From the NCBI GenBank assembly GCA_951406725.2, contig OX597817.1, forward strand, positions 83,886,001 to 83,950,000: a DNA stretch of 64,000 nt, written 5' to 3'. Origin of the DNA: Octopus vulgaris. Taxonomy: Eukaryota. How positions within the stretch are numbered: the first letter of the stretch is position 1; each line of letters opens with the position of its first letter. Below are positions 1-64,000 of the stretch, one piece after another. A program made the position numbers and the translations under genes. The notes below the pieces were generated by a model that was not told the DNA's origin, ran no database searches, and was given only the letters and a program-made list of their open reading frames with translations.

Positions 1-169
1 TGTTGCAGGGTTTTGAGGAGTGTGGAACAACCTCTTAGTAACTGTTGTTCTCAGCTCTACTCTGACTGAGAGTAGCACCTTTCAGGGTCCCAGAGTATGT
101 TGAAATCATGGAATGCAACATAGTGGATGTAAACTATTTCAGCAAATGAATATAATTGAATTAATGGTG

Positions 170-644
170 GGTGTTACTAAATGCAAATTGGTGAATGCAA
201 TTGTCTTCCCAATAGCAACATATGGATGTGAGACCTGGACACTAAAGAAAGCTGACCAGAAGAGAATTAATGCATTCGAGCTTTGGTGTTGGAGAAGACT
301 TTTACGGATCCCATGGACAGCGAGGCTCACCAATGGAGAAGTTCTTAACCAGATCAAGCTGAAACTGTCACTAGAAGCTAGGATCACCAAGCATAGATTG
401 ACATATTTTGGTCATATTATGTAGAGAAAATCCCTGGAGAAGGACATCATGCTCGGAATGGTCAGTGGTAAGAGAGGAAGAGGCCGACCAAGAACCCGCT
501 GGCTTGACACCATCAAGAGTGACACAGGAGTGGACATAACCAATCTGAAAGAAGCGACCCAGGATAGAACTGGCTAGAGGACACTGATCCATCGAGTAAC
601 CGAGAGTCGACTTCGACTCAGCGGATAGATAGATAGATAGATAG
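170..644 (+). mobile_element. 5'-truncated RTE-clade (BovB-like) LINE, 3' end
   Basis: Peptide VFPIATYGCETWT...AFELWCWRRLLRIPWT...LTYFGHIM*...EKDIMLGMVSGKRGRGRPRTRWLD...W; terminal GAGTCGACTTCGACTC hairpin followed by a (GATA)n tail. Confidence 0.85.
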
Positions 645-1813
645 TTACTAAATGCTGAGTGGATACACAGACATTAAAGTGTCAATGACCAGGATCATCT
701 AGTTCAATTAGCAAACTACTGTAATCACCTGTAGTTGTGGCATGTGCAGCTGATTGTATTTCAGCTTGTGAAAGACCACTGTGACTAAAACACAAGCCAG
801 ATATTCATGCAGTATGACTCAATTGGAACATCTGAGTGAAAGAGTTATGTTGGTCTATGCAAGTCAGCTAACCAGATGATGAGTATGGGTGTCCCATTTC
901 ACAACTGAGTATTGTGGGAAAGAAAAGAAACTCTCATAATACATTGAAGTATGGGTTTAGAAAGATCCATGTTGAAGTTATGCTAGCATGAAAAATGTAC
1001 ACAAATAAATATAAAAAAATTACTTCAGCATTGTTAGAGTATCAGAGAAAATATTTTGTATTTTTCTGGTTATTTATATTCTGAGATCAAATCTTGGTAA
1101 GGTCAACTTTAGTTTTCATCTTTTCAAAGTTGATAAAATGAAGTACTGGTGTCTATGATATCTATTATATTCTTCCACTAACAATTGTTGGCCTTCTCTT
1201 GAAATAATAACTAATGAAAGTTTATAAGCTGCTAGAATTGTTAGAGCATTGAAAAAAATTTTGCATTACTTGTTCAAACCTCACCAATCAACCTTTGCTT
1301 CTCATCCTTGTGCAGTTGATAAAATAAAGTGCCTGTAAAATGGTGGCATCATCAGAGGGTCATTTCGAAATTGCTTGCCTTGTCTCTGAATCAGAAACAA
1401 TGAAAGGCAATACGATAGTAAAATTGTTAGACCATCAGCAAAATGCTTTGCGGTATTTTGCCCAATTCTTTTGAATTTGAGACTAATTCCAGCTTTGTTT
1501 TTCACCTCTTTAGGTGTTGATAAAAGCACTAAGGCTGATAGGAATGGTCAGCCCCTTCACCTCAGAATTGTTGCTCTTGGGCCTAAATCCTCATTATCAT
1601 TGCTGTTGTTATTGTTGTTTGAATGCTTCATGATATAATATATAAAGTGATTTGATCAGTGAGATAATTACTTTTAGATATGGGAAAATTACCAACTGTT
1701 AATTCATTTTTGGAAAATCTTCGAACATATTTTTGCATCAAAATAAAATTTTTACCAAAAAAAATGTCATCACTGTAATTTAAACATAGTTCCTTTGTTT
1801 GATTGGTTTTCAG

Positions 1814-62199
<60,386 letters not shown>

Positions 62200-63392
62200 G
62201 TAAGGAACATTTACTGTATTTTCCAGCATGCCTGTTTCTATAGTATATAGTGTAAACATGTTGTGTATATATTCAAACACAGTCATTACTTTTAAAATTC
62301 TGTTGCATTTCACATGGAATTTTCAGTTCTCCAAAGTCTTTTTGGTGTATAAGTCAAACTTTCTTTGCCATCTGTATATTTTTATCTGTAAAATTCAACT
62401 TATATGCTGAAAAATACTGTATCTCTTTTCAAGTTAAATAAACTGTTGTTGTTGTTGTTGAGTAACCCCTCTTAACACTATTTCAAAATACTTACTGTAG
62501 AGAAGTAGCTAGTTAAATCTTTAAAACAACACAATTTCAACACCTCCAAGCACACAAAAAGACATTAAGATATTCAACTTGTTGGTTTGTTTCAAACTTC
62601 ATTTGTCTTGTCAGCATTCTAAACATGGTCGTATCTTATCTTTATCTTTGTGATTATGCAGTTTTAAAGTTTATGGCATAATGCACATTTTTTTCTGTAT
62701 TTCAAAGACAATGGAGAGATTGTTTGACAGTGACTTTACATTTCTGTCTGGTTATTTATTTCTTAGTATTTGAACAGACATCCTGGTAGAACCATGTATT
62801 CATAAAGTAACCAACCTCATATACTTTAAATTTAACAAATCTGAAGAAGTTTTGTCTCCAATAAAAGACAATAAAAATGATACTGGGTCATAACCAGTTT
62901 CCTTAAATATCAAGGACCTTCCTTAAAGGCAGCGAGTTAGCAGAATCATTAGTACTCCAGGCAAAATACTTCACAATATTTCATCAGTCTTTGTGTTCTG
63001 AGTTCAAATGCCACAAAAGTCGACTTTGCCTTTCATCCTTTTGGGAGTCAATAGAATAAGTATCAGTTGAAAACTGGGGTTGACATAATTGATTTACACC
63101 CTGCCCGAAATTACTGGCCTTGTGCCAAAATTTGAAATCATTATTATCATTGAAAGTGGTAAGTTGGCAGAGTTGTTAGTATGCTGGGCAAAACGCTTAG
63201 TGGCATTTCAGCATTTCGTCTATCTTTACAGCCTGAATTCAAATTTTGCCAGGGTCTGCCTTGTGTCTCGTTCTTTTAGGGTCAGTCAAGTAGGTACCAG
63301 TTGAGTGCTGGGATCAATATAATTAGCTAGCTCCTGCTCTCAAAATTTCAGGCCTTATGCTATAGTAGAAAGGATTATTATTATCATTATTA

Positions 63393-63426
<34 letters not shown>

Positions 63427-63474
63427 AATACGCTCAACAGATTAGACTGTTGGAAAAGTAAAGAATCCTAACAT

Positions 63475-63780
63475 GGCTGCGCCAGGCCCAGTCTGATCTG
63501 GCAGTGTTTCTACAGCTGGATGCCCTTCCTAACGCCAACCACTCCGTGAGTGTAGTGGGTGCTTTTACGTGCCACCAGCCTCATCTGGCACCTGTGCAGG
63601 TGGCACGTAAAAGCACCCACTACGCTCACAGAGTGGTTGGTGTTAGGAAGGGCATGCAGCTGTAGGAACACTGCCAGATCAGACTGGGCCTAGCGCAGCC
63701 TTCTAGCTTCCCAGACCCCAGTTGAACCGTCCAACCCATGCTAGCATGGAAAACGGACGTTAAACGATGATGATGATGAA
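63475..63780 (+). mobile_element. RTE 3'-end insertion with a fold-back duplication (arms 63475-63576 and 63599-63700)
   Basis: 102-bp reverse-complementary arms with a 22-nt loop; the right arm continues to the normal terminus and (GAT)n tail. Confidence 0.8.
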
Positions 63781-64000
63781 TAAGTAGCCTTAGATGCTAA
63801 GAACCCTCCTATTGGGTTACAGCATGTAACTTTGTCATTATTATCATTATTGAAAGTGGCAAGCTGACGGAATCATTAGCACATTGGACAAAATACTCTG
63901 CCACATTTCTGCTTGCTTTATGTTCTGAGTTCAGATTCTACTGAGATCAACTTTACCTTTCATCCCTCTTTTTTTTTTGTTTTTCAGAGAGTCAATAAAA

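Overview
Eukaryotic, AT-rich and microsatellite-rich genomic DNA. The SINE/LINE repertoire points to a coleoid cephalopod, most likely Octopus (inference). The window lies inside one large plus-strand gene, which I identify as focadhesin (FOCAD/KIAA1797). Twelve internal GT-AG exons (1814-62199, about 1745 nt, about 581 codons) splice into one open frame; the start and stop lie outside the window. The introns are packed with mobile DNA: RTE, CR1 and R4/Dong LINE remnants, a decayed Helitron Rep-helicase, a deleted piggyBac with TTAA MITEs, mariner/Tc1 remnants, several tRNA-derived SINE families and Penelope-like element (PLE) remnants. The most striking signal, invisible to the ORF track, is a set of type I hammerhead ribozyme (HHR) motifs. 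Two of them (18437-18812 and 55664-56113) sit in related, terminally redundant, circularly permuted non-coding monomers of about 355 nt with conserved hairpins, resembling a retrozyme-like family. Others sit in fold-back (palindromic) PLE termini, including an intact U3-A8 core variant. Most long ORFs in the supplied track are artefacts of microsatellites or repeats. All family assignments come from motif recognition, not database searches.
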